Shown here: positions 38,278-47,901 of the stretch, in pieces | How the letters are laid out: each line of letters opens with the position of its first letter | Numbering within the stretch: position 1 is the first letter of the stretch | Notes under the pieces: model-generated | Databases searched by the model: none | Told to the model about the DNA's origin: nothing | What the model saw: only the letters and a program-made list of their open reading frames with translations | Program-made: the position numbers and the translations under genes | DNA from: an uncultured Acidimicrobiaceae bacterium | GTDB lineage: Bacteria > Actinomycetota > Acidimicrobiia > Acidimicrobiales > RAAP-2 | Reading direction: 5' to 3' | Assembly: GCA_963848345.1 (NCBI GenBank) | Contig: CAWKDF010000001.1 | Coordinates: 306,559 to 370,558 of the forward strand | DNA length: 64,000 nucleotides

Positions 38278-39279
38278 GTGCGCGCGAGCCGAATCATCAG
38301 CGCGGTGGACTCGCACACTGAGGGGATGCCCACGCGCGTCGTGACGGGCGGCATCGCGGAGGTACCCGGCGCGACGATGAATGAGAAGCGCCTCTATTTC
38401 ATGGAGCACCTGGATCACGTGCGCCAGTTCCTCGTAAACGAGCCTCGGGGGCACGCGGCGATGAGCGGGGCGATCCTCATGGCGCCGACGCGCGCCGACG
38501 CGGACTTCGGGGTGTTGTTCATCGAGGTCTCGGGATGCCTACCCATGTGCGGACACGGGACTATCGGCGTCGCCACGGTCTTGGTCGAAACCGGCATGGT
38601 CGAGGTCACAGAACCAGTCACCACGGTTCGGCTCGATACTCCCGCGGGGCTCGTGATTGCCCGAGTCGCCGTGTCACACGGTCACGCCGACTCCGTCACG
38701 CTCGAGAACGTCCCGTCCTACGCCGTCACCCTCGATGGGACGCTCGAGGTCGCGGGACTCGGTGAGGTGCCCTACAGCCTCGCCTTCGGCGGCAACTTCT
38801 ACGCGATGGTGAACCTCGCTGACGTGGGCATCGAGTTCGATCGCTCGCGTCAGCACGATCTCACCGCCGCGGGGCTCGCCATCATGGACGCCATCAACAC
38901 GACGAGTCCGCCGCATCACCCATCGGTCGAAGGGGTCGATCACTGCCACCACGTGGAGTTCATCGCACCTGGATCGACGGCACACCACTCGCGTCACGCG
39001 ATGTCGATCTATCCGGGCTGGTTCGACCGGTCACCGTGCGGCACCGGCACGTCAGCGCGGATGGCCGAGCTGTGGGCGCGCGGCGAGCTGGCACTGGGCG
39101 AGGAGTTCGTCAACGAGTCATTCATCGGGTCGAGATTTGTGGGGCACCTCATCGGAGAGACCGAGGTCGCCGGCGTGCCCGCGGTGATTCCGACCATCAC
39201 TGGTCGCGCGTGGGTCACGGGGCTCGGACAGTACGCGCTTGATCCGAGTGATCCCTTCCCTCGTGGTTTCGTCTTCTAA
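38278..39279 (+). CDS. proline racemase family; probable 4-hydroxyproline 2-epimerase
   Basis: DSHTEGMPTR, Cys/Cys pair MCGH and DRSPCGTGT; EPRGHAAMSG has Ser where proline racemases typically have Phe. Confidence 0.88.
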   Translation: MRASRIISAVDSHTEGMPTRVVTGGIAEVPGATMNEKRLYFMEHLDHVRQFLVNEPRGHAAMSGAILMAPTRADADFGVLFIEVSGCLPMCGHGTIGVATVLVETGMVEVTEPVTTVRLDTPAGLVIARVAVSHGHADSVTLENVPSYAVTLDGTLEVAGLGEVPYSLAFGGNFYAMVNLADVGIEFDRSRQHDLTAAGLAIMDAINTTSPPHHPSVEGVDHCHHVEFIAPGSTAHHSRHAMSIYPGWFDRSPCGTGTSARMAELWARGELALGEEFVNESFIGSRFVGHLIGETEVAGVPAVIPTITGRAWVTGLGQYALDPSDPFPRGFVF

Positions 39280-39417
39280 TCCCCCACGAACGACGAGCCG
39301 CGCGGGGCGAAGGTCACTCGCTCCCGTGGACCGCGTGCGCTCGCCGGGGCTTTGCGCGCACGGCGCTCGGTGGCACGTGGGCCCTCACGACGCCGCCACC
39401 ACGCGAAGGACCGATCG

Positions 39418-40467
39418 ATGGTGGTGAACGACCGTCAGGGATCGGTGCTGCACGATCGCTCGACGCCCGTGCGAGAGGAGGACGCCATGCTGGTGGCGAC
39501 GCGCGAGTACGGTCTCGAGGGCGCCATCGAGCGACTCGGAGGAGAGCGCGATGACAACTTCCTCGTCACGTCGATCCAGGAGCGACGTCTCCTAAAGGTG
39601 GCGCACCCGCGCGAGGATGCCGGGGTGACGAACCTCCAGAGCAGCGTGCTGCTGTTCCTCGAGGAGCACGCCCCCGATATTCGAGTCCAGCGCGTCATCC
39701 GCAGCCGTCGCGACGAAGTGGACGTGGTGGTGCGAGAGGGCCCACTGGCGGGGCGAACGGTGCGGGTCACGACGTTTTTGGAGGGTACGCTGATGCGATC
39801 AGCGAATCCGTCGAGTGAACTTCGACGAGACGTCGGGGTGAGCGCGGCGCGGCTCGACCGAGCGCTGTCGTCGTTTGAGCACCCGGCCACCCGGCGACAC
39901 CTCCTCTGGGACATTCAACGAGCCGCCGACCTCGTGGGGCTTCTTAACGACCTGCCCCCATCCGAGGAGCGAACGGCGCTGCGTTCTTCGCTCGACCGAT
40001 TCACCAGCGAGGTCGCGCCGCGGGCTAGCGCATTACGAACCCAGGTGATCCACAACGACCTGAGCACGGACAACCTTCTCGTCGATAACAACGGCACCCG
40101 GGTCGCGGGCGTGCTCGATTTTGGTGACGTCGTCCACGCGCCAGCGCTTCATGAGCTCGCGATCGCCATCTCCTACCAGCTGGCGGGGGTGAAGGACCTG
40201 GTGGGCGCCGCGAGCGACGTGGCGTGCGGCTATCACTCGGTGACACCGCTCGAGGAGGGGGAGCTAGCCCTCCTGCCCGGGTTGATCATGGCGCGCGTCG
40301 TGACGTGGGTGACGATCCCCGCCTGGCGCTCGGCGCGGATTCCCGGCAATGACGCCTACGTCCTGAGGAACGCGGCGCGCAGCCGCGCGCTCTTCTTCGC
40401 GCTTCGTGAGATTCCCGACGAGTACTTTGTCGAGCGGCTGCGGCGCGCGTGCCTGGAGGAGGCCTGA
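39418..40467 (+). CDS. APH-fold phosphotransferase, hydroxylysine kinase-like
   Basis: LGGERDDNF, LLWDI, IHNDLSTDNLL, LDFGD; translationally coupled to the class III aminotransferase. Confidence 0.75.
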   Translation: MVVNDRQGSVLHDRSTPVREEDAMLVATREYGLEGAIERLGGERDDNFLVTSIQERRLLKVAHPREDAGVTNLQSSVLLFLEEHAPDIRVQRVIRSRRDEVDVVVREGPLAGRTVRVTTFLEGTLMRSANPSSELRRDVGVSAARLDRALSSFEHPATRRHLLWDIQRAADLVGLLNDLPPSEERTALRSSLDRFTSEVAPRASALRTQVIHNDLSTDNLLVDNNGTRVAGVLDFGDVVHAPALHELAIAISYQLAGVKDLVGAASDVACGYHSVTPLEEGELALLPGLIMARVVTWVTIPAWRSARIPGNDAYVLRNAARSRALFFALREIPDEYFVERLRRACLEEA

Positions 40468-41804
40468 TGTCAAGCAACGGAAACATGGTGAACGGATTTG
40501 ACATGAGCACCGTCGACGAGCTCGAGCCGGACGTGCGCGCGATCGTCAGCCGACGCGCGGCAGTGCTCGGCCCCGCCTACCGCCTCTTTTACGAACGCCC
40601 CGTCGAGTTCGTCCGCGCGAGTGGCGTGCACCTCTATGACGCGCAGGGCCACGAGTATCTGGACGCCTACAACAACGTCCCCTCCGTCGGTCACTGCCAT
40701 CCCCGAGTCGTCGAGGCCGTCTCGCGCCAGGTGGCGACGCTGAACACCCATACCCGCTACGCCTCTCGGGCGCTCCTCGACTACGCCGAGCGGCTGCTCG
40801 CGACGTTTCCCCCAAACCTCAACAACGTGATGTTCACCTGCACCGGAAGCGAGGCGGTCGACCTCGCGCTTCGCGTGGCCCGTTACTACACCCGTGCGAC
40901 CGGGGTCATCGTGACGAGCAACGCCTATCACGGGACCACGACTGCGGCCGCCGAGATCTCGCCCAGTCTCGGCGCGGGGGTGGCGCTCGGCCGCGACGTC
41001 TGGACGATCGACCTGCCGCTCGAACGAATGGCCGTCTCGAGCGATGTCGCCGACCAGCTCGCGGGGCTGGTACGCACGGCCGTGGCCGACATGAGGCGAC
41101 ACGGGGTCCAGCTCGCCGCATTCGTGGCGGATTCACTGCTGTCCTCAGACGGGATCTTTCCCGGTCCGCGGGGCCTCCTTCGTCCCGTGGCCGACGTCGT
41201 TCGCGAGTCGGGCGGACTCTACATCGCCGACGAAGTGCAGCCGGGTTTTGCGCGCACCGGGGACTCCATGTGGGGCTTCACCCGGCACGGGCTCGATCCT
41301 GATCTCGTGGTCATGGGCAAGCCCATGGGCAACGGCATGCCGATTGCCGCGGTCGCTGCCCGTGCCGAGGTGGTCGAGGAGTTCGGCACGAGCAGTCGTT
41401 ACTTCAACACCTTCGGCGGAAACTCGGTGTGCGTGGCCGCCGCGAACGCCGTGCTCGACGTGATCGAACAAGAGCAGCTCCAGGAGAACTCCCGCGTCGT
41501 GGGCGACTACCTGCGCCAGGCCCTCACGGACGTGTCGAGTGGACGCGACGACGTCGTAGCGGTGCGCGGCGTCGGACTGTACGTCGCCGCCAACGTCGTC
41601 TCACCAGAGGATGGATCTGCGGACGCGCGTCGAGCCGCCGAGATCGTCAACGGGCTGCGCGAGCGAAGGGTCCTGATTAGCGCCACCGGCCAAGCGGGCA
41701 ACGTGCTGAAGATCCGCCCGCCGCTGCCCTTCAGCCGAGAGCACGTCGACCAGTTCGCCGACGCGCTCGCCCAGGTCTTCGGTCAGCTGGATACCCGAAG
41801 ATAA
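40467..41804 (+). CDS. class III PLP enzyme, 5-phosphohydroxylysine/phosphoethanolamine phospho-lyase (AGXT2L)-like
   Basis: YLDAYNNVPSVGHCHP, DEVQPGFAR, GKPMGNG, YFNTFGGN, NVLKIRPPL. Confidence 0.78.
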   Translation: MSSNGNMVNGFDMSTVDELEPDVRAIVSRRAAVLGPAYRLFYERPVEFVRASGVHLYDAQGHEYLDAYNNVPSVGHCHPRVVEAVSRQVATLNTHTRYASRALLDYAERLLATFPPNLNNVMFTCTGSEAVDLALRVARYYTRATGVIVTSNAYHGTTTAAAEISPSLGAGVALGRDVWTIDLPLERMAVSSDVADQLAGLVRTAVADMRRHGVQLAAFVADSLLSSDGIFPGPRGLLRPVADVVRESGGLYIADEVQPGFARTGDSMWGFTRHGLDPDLVVMGKPMGNGMPIAAVAARAEVVEEFGTSSRYFNTFGGNSVCVAAANAVLDVIEQEQLQENSRVVGDYLRQALTDVSSGRDDVVAVRGVGLYVAANVVSPEDGSADARRAAEIVNGLRERRVLISATGQAGNVLKIRPPLPFSREHVDQFADALAQVFGQLDTRR

Positions 41805-41898
41805 CCGGACAAATCCCCGCGATCACGGGGAATACGCCGGTCCGAGGCCACGTGGCCGTCGTTCCATGTGGCGCGTCGCCCGCGGTGGGTAACGTCAG

Positions 41899-42597
41899 AT
41901 GGTGGACATAGCAGAAGAATCGACCATCGCGGAAGTGCTTCCTCCGGCAAGCCTGCGCTCGCGCGTCGAAAATTCGCTCGCCTCGGCGATCATCTCAGGG
42001 GAGCTCGAGCCCGGCACCATGGTCTCGGTGCCGGTCCTCGCCGCCCAATTCGAGGTCTCGATCACCCCTGTTCGTGAGGCGATGTTGAATCTCGAAGACC
42101 GGGGATTTGTCGAGTCCGTTAAGAACAAGGGCTTCAAGGTGACCGAGGTCAGCGCCCGGGACCTGCGAGAAATCGCCCAGCTGCGCTGTTGGCTCGAGGC
42201 CCCCGCGATGCGTCTGGTCGCCGAACGCTTGCGGAGCGAATCGGTCGAACCGTATCGAGAGATGGCGCGTCGGGTCTCCAAGCGCGCGGCGCTCGCTGAC
42301 CGTGAGGCGTATCTCGCCGCTCATTCGGCGTTCCATACGGCGCTGCTCGCGCTCACCGACAACCAGCATCTCGTCGAGCTCGTGGCGGAGCTTCGCCGCC
42401 AAACCCGAATGATCGGGGTCGCCGATCAGCATCCGAGCGCGGAGATTCTGCGCTCGGCGGCAGAGCACGAAGAGCTGCTTGATCTCTTGGAGCGAGGCGA
42501 TGGCGAAGCCGCCGAGCTCTTCATGGCGCACCACATCGGCCACTCGATCGGCACGAGCGACGACGTTGACGAAGAGCCCTCCGCGTCGGCTGGGTAG
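41899..42597 (+). CDS. GntR/FCD regulator paralog 2
   Basis: HTH nearly identical to 36574-37257; possible leaderless GTG41902. Confidence 0.9.
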   Translation: MVDIAEESTIAEVLPPASLRSRVENSLASAIISGELEPGTMVSVPVLAAQFEVSITPVREAMLNLEDRGFVESVKNKGFKVTEVSARDLREIAQLRCWLEAPAMRLVAERLRSESVEPYREMARRVSKRAALADREAYLAAHSAFHTALLALTDNQHLVELVAELRRQTRMIGVADQHPSAEILRSAAEHEELLDLLERGDGEAAELFMAHHIGHSIGTSDDVDEEPSASAG

Positions 42598-42612
42598 CTC
42601 CGTTCCTGCGAC

Positions 42613-44100
42613 CTAGAGACTGAGGTTGGTCGGTCCTTCGGCCCAGCGCGCGGCCATCCATGCTTCGACCTCGTCAGCCGAACGGGGGAGAGCGGCCGAG
42701 AGATTTCTCGAGCCGGTCGCCGTCACCAGCACGTCGTCTTCGATTCGCACCCCGATGCCGCGATACTCCTCAGGCACCGTGAGATCATTCGCCTGGAAGT
42801 AGAGACCAGGCTCGACCGTGAGCACGTACCCCTCCTCCAGGGTGCCCCAATAGAACTCGTTGCGCGCGTTGGCGCAGTCGTGCACGTCGAGGCCGAGCAT
42901 GTGACTCGTCCCGTGCAGCGTGTAGCGACGGTGGAGCTGGCGATCCTTGCGTAGCGCCTCTTCGGGCTCCACCGTCAAGATGCCGAGCTCGAAGAGCCCT
43001 TGGGCGAGCACCCTCATGGCGGCATCGTGCGGGTCCGTGAATTGCGCCCCGGGCTTCACCGCCGCGATGCCGGCGCTCTGTGCCTCGTAGACAAGGTTGT
43101 AGATGCGACGTTGCGCGGATGAGAACGTGCCATTGACCGGCATCGTGCGCGTGACGTCAGCGGTGTAGAGCTGATGGCTCTCGACGCCCGCGTCAAGCAG
43201 CAGCATGTCCCCGGAGCGAACGGAGCCGGAGTTGCGGACCCAGTGCAGCGTCGTGGCATGGGGACCGCTGGCGGCGATGGTGTCGTATCCCGTGTCGTTG
43301 CCCTCGACGCGAGCGCGCAAGTTGAAGATTCCTTCGACCACGCGTTCGCCTCGTCCGATCGCGCTCGGGAGCGCACGCACCACGTCGGCAAAGCCCTTTA
43401 CCGTCGCATCGACCGCGAGCTGGAGCTGCTCGATCTCAAAGTCGTCCTTCGCGAGACGCATCTCGCTCAGTGCGACCGCGAGCTCTTCGTCGAGCTCGGA
43501 CTCCTCGATCAACCCGTCAATGGTCGCGTCAAAACCGCGCAAGGTGACGATGGTGCTCTCGTCGAGCTCGACCAGATACTTCTCAAGGTCCTCGAGGGCG
43601 ATGGTCTCGATGGCGTAGTAGATCGAAGCCTCGGCGACGCCGCGACGAGCGCCCACCCACAGCTCCCCGTAGCGCGCGTCGGTGTAGAACTCGTGCGTGC
43701 TCGCGTCACGACGGCGCGGGATGAAGAGCGTCGAGCGGGGCGGATCGCCCGGCGTGATGACGAGGACCGCGTCGGGCTCTTCGCAGCCGGTCAGATAGAA
43801 GAAGTCGCTCCCCGCGCGGAACGGGTAGTCGGTGTCGTTCGCTCGTACCTTGAAGTTGCCGGTGGGCACCACGATCGTTCGGCCGGAAAATCTGGCCGCG
43901 AGGTCACTGCGGCGTCTCGCCGCATGGCTCGCGACTGGGTGGACATCGCTCGGGACCTTGTCGGGCGCCCAGCCTGACGTCATCTGATCAAACAGCTCCC
44001 GCGGACTGGGCGGGCGGTGTGGTCCAACCCAGATCCAGTGCTCGGAGACCGGGTGCTCCTCTGAAACGTCTGGTTCTGGAATGTCAAGTTCGTCGCTCAC
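42613..44100 (-). CDS. pepP: Xaa-Pro aminopeptidase (M24B) paralog 2
   Basis: HGTSHMLGLDVHD, TVEPG, GVRIEDD; canonical residues. Confidence 0.92.
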   Translation of the reverse strand: MSDELDIPEPDVSEEHPVSEHWIWVGPHRPPSPRELFDQMTSGWAPDKVPSDVHPVASHAARRRSDLAARFSGRTIVVPTGNFKVRANDTDYPFRAGSDFFYLTGCEEPDAVLVITPGDPPRSTLFIPRRRDASTHEFYTDARYGELWVGARRGVAEASIYYAIETIALEDLEKYLVELDESTIVTLRGFDATIDGLIEESELDEELAVALSEMRLAKDDFEIEQLQLAVDATVKGFADVVRALPSAIGRGERVVEGIFNLRARVEGNDTGYDTIAASGPHATTLHWVRNSGSVRSGDMLLLDAGVESHQLYTADVTRTMPVNGTFSSAQRRIYNLVYEAQSAGIAAVKPGAQFTDPHDAAMRVLAQGLFELGILTVEPEEALRKDRQLHRRYTLHGTSHMLGLDVHDCANARNEFYWGTLEEGYVLTVEPGLYFQANDLTVPEEYRGIGVRIEDDVLVTATGSRNLSAALPRSADEVEAWMAARWAEGPTNLSL

Positions 44101-44147
44101 GGTGCCAACTTACTCGCGCCTGTATTTTGCTTGCCTAGAGTTCGGCT

Positions 44148-44810
44148 ATGGATATCTCTTGTGCATGGCATGGCTCGGTCGCGGTTCTCACCTGGGACGA
44201 CGGCGAGAACCGCATCAACGTCGACTCTCTCGCGCGGATCAACGGCCTGCTCGACGAACTGGAGGCTAGAGACGGCGAGCTCTCTGTCGTGCTCACCGGT
44301 GTGGGTAAGTTCTTTTCGAACGGACTCGACCTCGCGCGATTTGGAAGCAACACGGAAGAGTTCGCCACGACGCTCACCGAGCTCAAGCGCACCGTGGGAC
44401 GACTGATGCTCTTTCCGGCCTATACCGTCGCCGCCCTCAACGGGCACGTGTTCGCGGGTGGTGCACTGATGAGCTGCGGCTTTGACTATCGGGTGATGCG
44501 CGAGGATCGTGGGTACTGGTGCATGAACGAAGCGGAGATCGGCCTCGCCCTCGACGAGCAGCTCTGGACCATCATCCGCCACCGCCTTCCGAAGGCGACT
44601 GCCGTCGCCGCCGCGACGACCGCCCGGCGGTTTGCGGGCTCCGAGGCGCTGGCGGCCGGGATTGTCGAGGCGACCGCGACCGAAGACCTGGTGGTGCCGC
44701 ACGCTGTCGACGTTGCAGAGCGCTACGTCACGCTGCACCGAGCGACGCTCGCGCACCACAAACGCCTGGCACACGGCGAGACGGCGGCACGGTTGGGCTT
44801 CGCCAGCTAG
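44148..44810 (+). CDS. enoyl-CoA hydratase/isomerase family
   Basis: KFFSNGLDL, AALNGHVFAGG, NEAEIGL. Confidence 0.9.
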   Translation: MDISCAWHGSVAVLTWDDGENRINVDSLARINGLLDELEARDGELSVVLTGVGKFFSNGLDLARFGSNTEEFATTLTELKRTVGRLMLFPAYTVAALNGHVFAGGALMSCGFDYRVMREDRGYWCMNEAEIGLALDEQLWTIIRHRLPKATAVAAATTARRFAGSEALAAGIVEATATEDLVVPHAVDVAERYVTLHRATLAHHKRLAHGETAARLGFAS

Positions 44811-44818
44811 GCGACGAG

Positions 44819-45412
44819 CTACTTGTTGGTTCGGGTGGCGCGATCGACCAGACGCCAGGACGACGGCAACGCCACGCCCGAGATGCCGGCCTTGATGAGT
44901 TCGCCCCAGAGGAACGGGGTGAACCCGAGCGAGATAGCGGTCCCGGCGCTGACGTGCAAGGAGAAGCCGAGCCAGGTCACGCCGATCAAAAAGACGATCG
45001 CGTCACCGATGGCCATCGCCACGAAGGCCCTCACGATGGTGCGGTCGGCACCTCGACCGGCCACCCAACCGAGCGCGGTGCCAGCGACGACAAAACCGAG
45101 GAGGTAGCCGAAGCTCGAGCCGACGTAGCCGCTCGCGTGGCCGGCAAACCACGGCACGCCGATGATCCCCGCGACGACATAGAGGACCATCGCCATGCCG
45201 GCGCGACGCCAGCCGAGCGCCGTGCCCGCCAGCATGACCCCGAGGGTCTGGCCGGTGATCGGCACGGGTGTGAAGCTGAGGTGGATCGAGATCTGGGCGA
45301 GCGCGCCGACGAGGGCGGCCGCACCTACGACGAGCGCGACCTCTGCGAGCAGCGACGCGGGTACGAGGTCGGCGAGAACGCGACGCGGTTGGGGAATGGC
45401 GATGGTGGACAT
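44819..45412 (-). CDS. bioY: biotin transporter BioY
   Basis: PVPITGQTLGV, FGYLLGF, PFLWGELIK. Confidence 0.92.
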   Translation of the reverse strand: MSTIAIPQPRRVLADLVPASLLAEVALVVGAAALVGALAQISIHLSFTPVPITGQTLGVMLAGTALGWRRAGMAMVLYVVAGIIGVPWFAGHASGYVGSSFGYLLGFVVAGTALGWVAGRGADRTIVRAFVAMAIGDAIVFLIGVTWLGFSLHVSAGTAISLGFTPFLWGELIKAGISGVALPSSWRLVDRATRTNK

Positions 45413-45488
45413 GGAAGCTCCTCGACACGTGGTTACGGTCACTTTAGGCCATGGCGAGAAACGCCCAGAGCGAGCGTCGCAGTGCGAA

Positions 45489-46271
45489 CTAAATCCAGCC
45501 CTGGTCGCTGGCGATCTGCTCGACGTCGCCAATTCGCATGCCGGTGCGATGCTGAAGCGTGCGGATGAGTCCGCCGGCCTCGTAGAGCGACTCATGGGTG
45601 CCCGTGTCGAGCCAGGTCGTCGCGCGAGAGAGCACCTCGACGCGCAGTTCGCCCCGCTCGAGATAGGTGTTGTTGAGTGCGGTGATCTCGAGTTCGCCAC
45701 GCGCGCTCGGCGAGAGCTGGTGGGCGAACTCCGACGCGCGCTCGTCGTAGAAATAGATTCCCGGCACCGCGTAGCTGCTCTTAGGCAACTTCGGCTTCTC
45801 CTCGATCGAGATCACCGAACCTTGGTCGTCGAACTCGACGACGCCGTAGGCGGTCGGGTCGGACACCTGGTAGGCGAAGATCAGCGCACCGTTGACGTTG
45901 GTGTTCTCTTGGAGGTGGGTGCCGAGGCCTGGCCCGTAAAAGAGGTTGTCGCCGAGAATGAGTGCGCACTTGTCCCCGTCGAGGAACTTCTCTCCGAGGA
46001 TGAGAGCTTCGGCGAGCCCGTTGGGCAGGTCTTGGACGACGTAAGAGAGCCGGATGCCGAATTGGCTGCCGTCGCCCAGGAGTCGAAAGAATGCCTCCTG
46101 GTCGTGCGGGGTCGTGATGAGGAGAATCTCGCGAAGCCCGCTCAGCATCAGCGTGCTCAAGGGGTAGTAGATCATGGGTTTGTCGTAGATCGGCAACAGC
46201 TGCTTCGAGACGGCCCTGGTGATCGGGTGCAGGCGGGTCCCCGTGCCGCCAGCCAAAATGATTCCCTTCAC
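45489..46271 (-). CDS. rfbA: glucose-1-phosphate thymidylyltransferase (short C-terminus)
   Basis: [38 protein letters not shown]. Confidence 0.95.
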   Translation of the reverse strand: MKGIILAGGTGTRLHPITRAVSKQLLPIYDKPMIYYPLSTLMLSGLREILLITTPHDQEAFFRLLGDGSQFGIRLSYVVQDLPNGLAEALILGEKFLDGDKCALILGDNLFYGPGLGTHLQENTNVNGALIFAYQVSDPTAYGVVEFDDQGSVISIEEKPKLPKSSYAVPGIYFYDERASEFAHQLSPSARGELEITALNNTYLERGELRVEVLSRATTWLDTGTHESLYEAGGLIRTLQHRTGMRIGDVEQIASDQGWI

Positions 46272-46321
46272 CCCATTAGTATAGGAGTCTTCAATCTCCT
46301 GCTTAAAGGCCAAGGTTCCTG

Positions 46322-47296
46322 ATGCGCGTTGTGATAACTGGAGCGGCGGGGTTCATTGGCTCGCGTTTGGCCGAGATGCTTTTGGGTGAAGCGGACCGCC
46401 TCGGTTACGACGAGATCGTCCTGCTGGACGCGTTGACCTATTCCGGCCGACTCGAGAACTTGGACGGGGCGCTGCGCGATCCGCGCGCGCGCTTTGTGAA
46501 GGGTTCGATCACCGATGAGCTCGTGACCGATGAAGTCCTCGACGGCGCGCACGCAGTGCTGCACCTTGCCGCCGAGAGCCACGTCGACCGGTCGATCACC
46601 GGGGCGAAGGTCTTCTACGAGACCAACGTGCTCGGCACCCAGCAGCTGCTCGAGAGCGCGAAGCGCCGTGGGGTCGAACGCTTCGTGCACGTCTCGACCG
46701 ATGAGGTGTACGGCAGCATCGAGTCGGGCGCGTGGCGAGAAGATCACCTGCTGGAACCAAACTCGCCGTACTCCTCGAGCAAGGCCGGATCGGACCTCGC
46801 CGCCTTGGCGTACCATCGGACGTTTGGGCTCAACGTGATGGTGACCCGCTGTTCGAACAACTACGGTCCGCGCCAGTTCCCCGAGAAACTGATACCGCTG
46901 TTCGTGACCAATCTCTTTGACGGGAAGAAGGTTCCCCTCTACGGGGACGGACTCAACGAGCGCGACTGGCTCTTCGTGGACGATCACTGCCGAGGAATCC
47001 TCCTCGTCCTGGAGAAGGGTCGTGCGGGAGAGATCTACAACATCGGTGGCGGTACGGGCCTCACGAACGTCGCGATCACGCGCGCGCTGCTCGAGCTGTG
47101 CGGTGCTGACGAGTCGATGATCGAACCGGTCGACGATCGACTCGGGCACGACCGGCGCTACTGCGTCGATTGGGCGAAGATCCGCGAGGAGTTGGGCTAT
47201 CGTCCGTCGGTTGACTTCGACGAAGGGCTCGCGCGCACCGTCAAGTGGTACCGCGAGAACGAGTCGTGGTGGCGTCCGCTGAAAGGGGGCGAGTGA
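46322..47296 (+). CDS. rfbB: dTDP-glucose 4,6-dehydratase
   Basis: [29 protein letters not shown]. Confidence 0.96.
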   Translation: MRVVITGAAGFIGSRLAEMLLGEADRLGYDEIVLLDALTYSGRLENLDGALRDPRARFVKGSITDELVTDEVLDGAHAVLHLAAESHVDRSITGAKVFYETNVLGTQQLLESAKRRGVERFVHVSTDEVYGSIESGAWREDHLLEPNSPYSSSKAGSDLAALAYHRTFGLNVMVTRCSNNYGPRQFPEKLIPLFVTNLFDGKKVPLYGDGLNERDWLFVDDHCRGILLVLEKGRAGEIYNIGGGTGLTNVAITRALLELCGADESMIEPVDDRLGHDRRYCVDWAKIREELGYRPSVDFDEGLARTVKWYRENESWWRPLKGGE

Positions 47297-47877
47297 ACCT
47301 CACCGAGCTTTCGATCCCCGGTGCGTACGTGCTCGACTCCGCCGTCTGGGGAGACGACCGGGGCTTCTTTCGCGAATGGTTCAAACGCCGGGACCTCGAT
47401 GCGCTCGGCGTCAGCTTTCCCATCGAGCAGGCCAACCTCTCCATGTCGCGCCGAGGGGTGGTGCGCGGGCTTCACTATTCGATCGCTCCGCAGGGTCAGG
47501 CCAAGCTGGTGACCTGCGCCTACGGCGAACTCGACGACGTCATCGTCGACGTGCGCGTCGGCTCGCCGTCGTTCGGTCGGGTGGAAGTCGTGCGGCTCGC
47601 GGCGAATGAGGAGCGTTCCGTGCTGCTGCCGGCGGGCGCCGCGCACGGCTTTTGCGTGCGCAGCGAGCACGCGGCCCTGTCGTATCTGCTCTCCTCACCG
47701 TTCAATCCCGAGATGGAGCTCGAGATCAACCCGTTCGACGAACGCCTCGGCGTACCGTGGGGCCTGAAGGGGCCCGCGATCATGAGCGACAAGGACGCGG
47801 CGGCGCCCTCGCTCGACGATCGGATCGCTTCGGGCCAGCTCCCGAGGTACCTCGACGTCGAGCCGAACATTCGTTGA
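47293..47877 (+). CDS. rfbC: dTDP-4-dehydrorhamnose 3,5-epimerase
   Basis: DDRGFFRE, VRGLH, QAKLV, AHGF. Confidence 0.94.
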   Translation: MNLTELSIPGAYVLDSAVWGDDRGFFREWFKRRDLDALGVSFPIEQANLSMSRRGVVRGLHYSIAPQGQAKLVTCAYGELDDVIVDVRVGSPSFGRVEVVRLAANEERSVLLPAGAAHGFCVRSEHAALSYLLSSPFNPEMELEINPFDERLGVPWGLKGPAIMSDKDAAAPSLDDRIASGQLPRYLDVEPNIR

Positions 47878-47901
47878 GTCCCTGTTGCTAGCCTCAGCCA
47901 C

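Noticed and set aside
39280-39417. Structured RNA between the epimerase and kinase genes
   Set aside because: Only imperfect GC-rich stems expected by chance; no recognisable motif.
39418-40467. Aminoglycoside resistance kinase
   Set aside because: APH fold, but coupled to an AGXT2L-like lyase in a catabolic operon.
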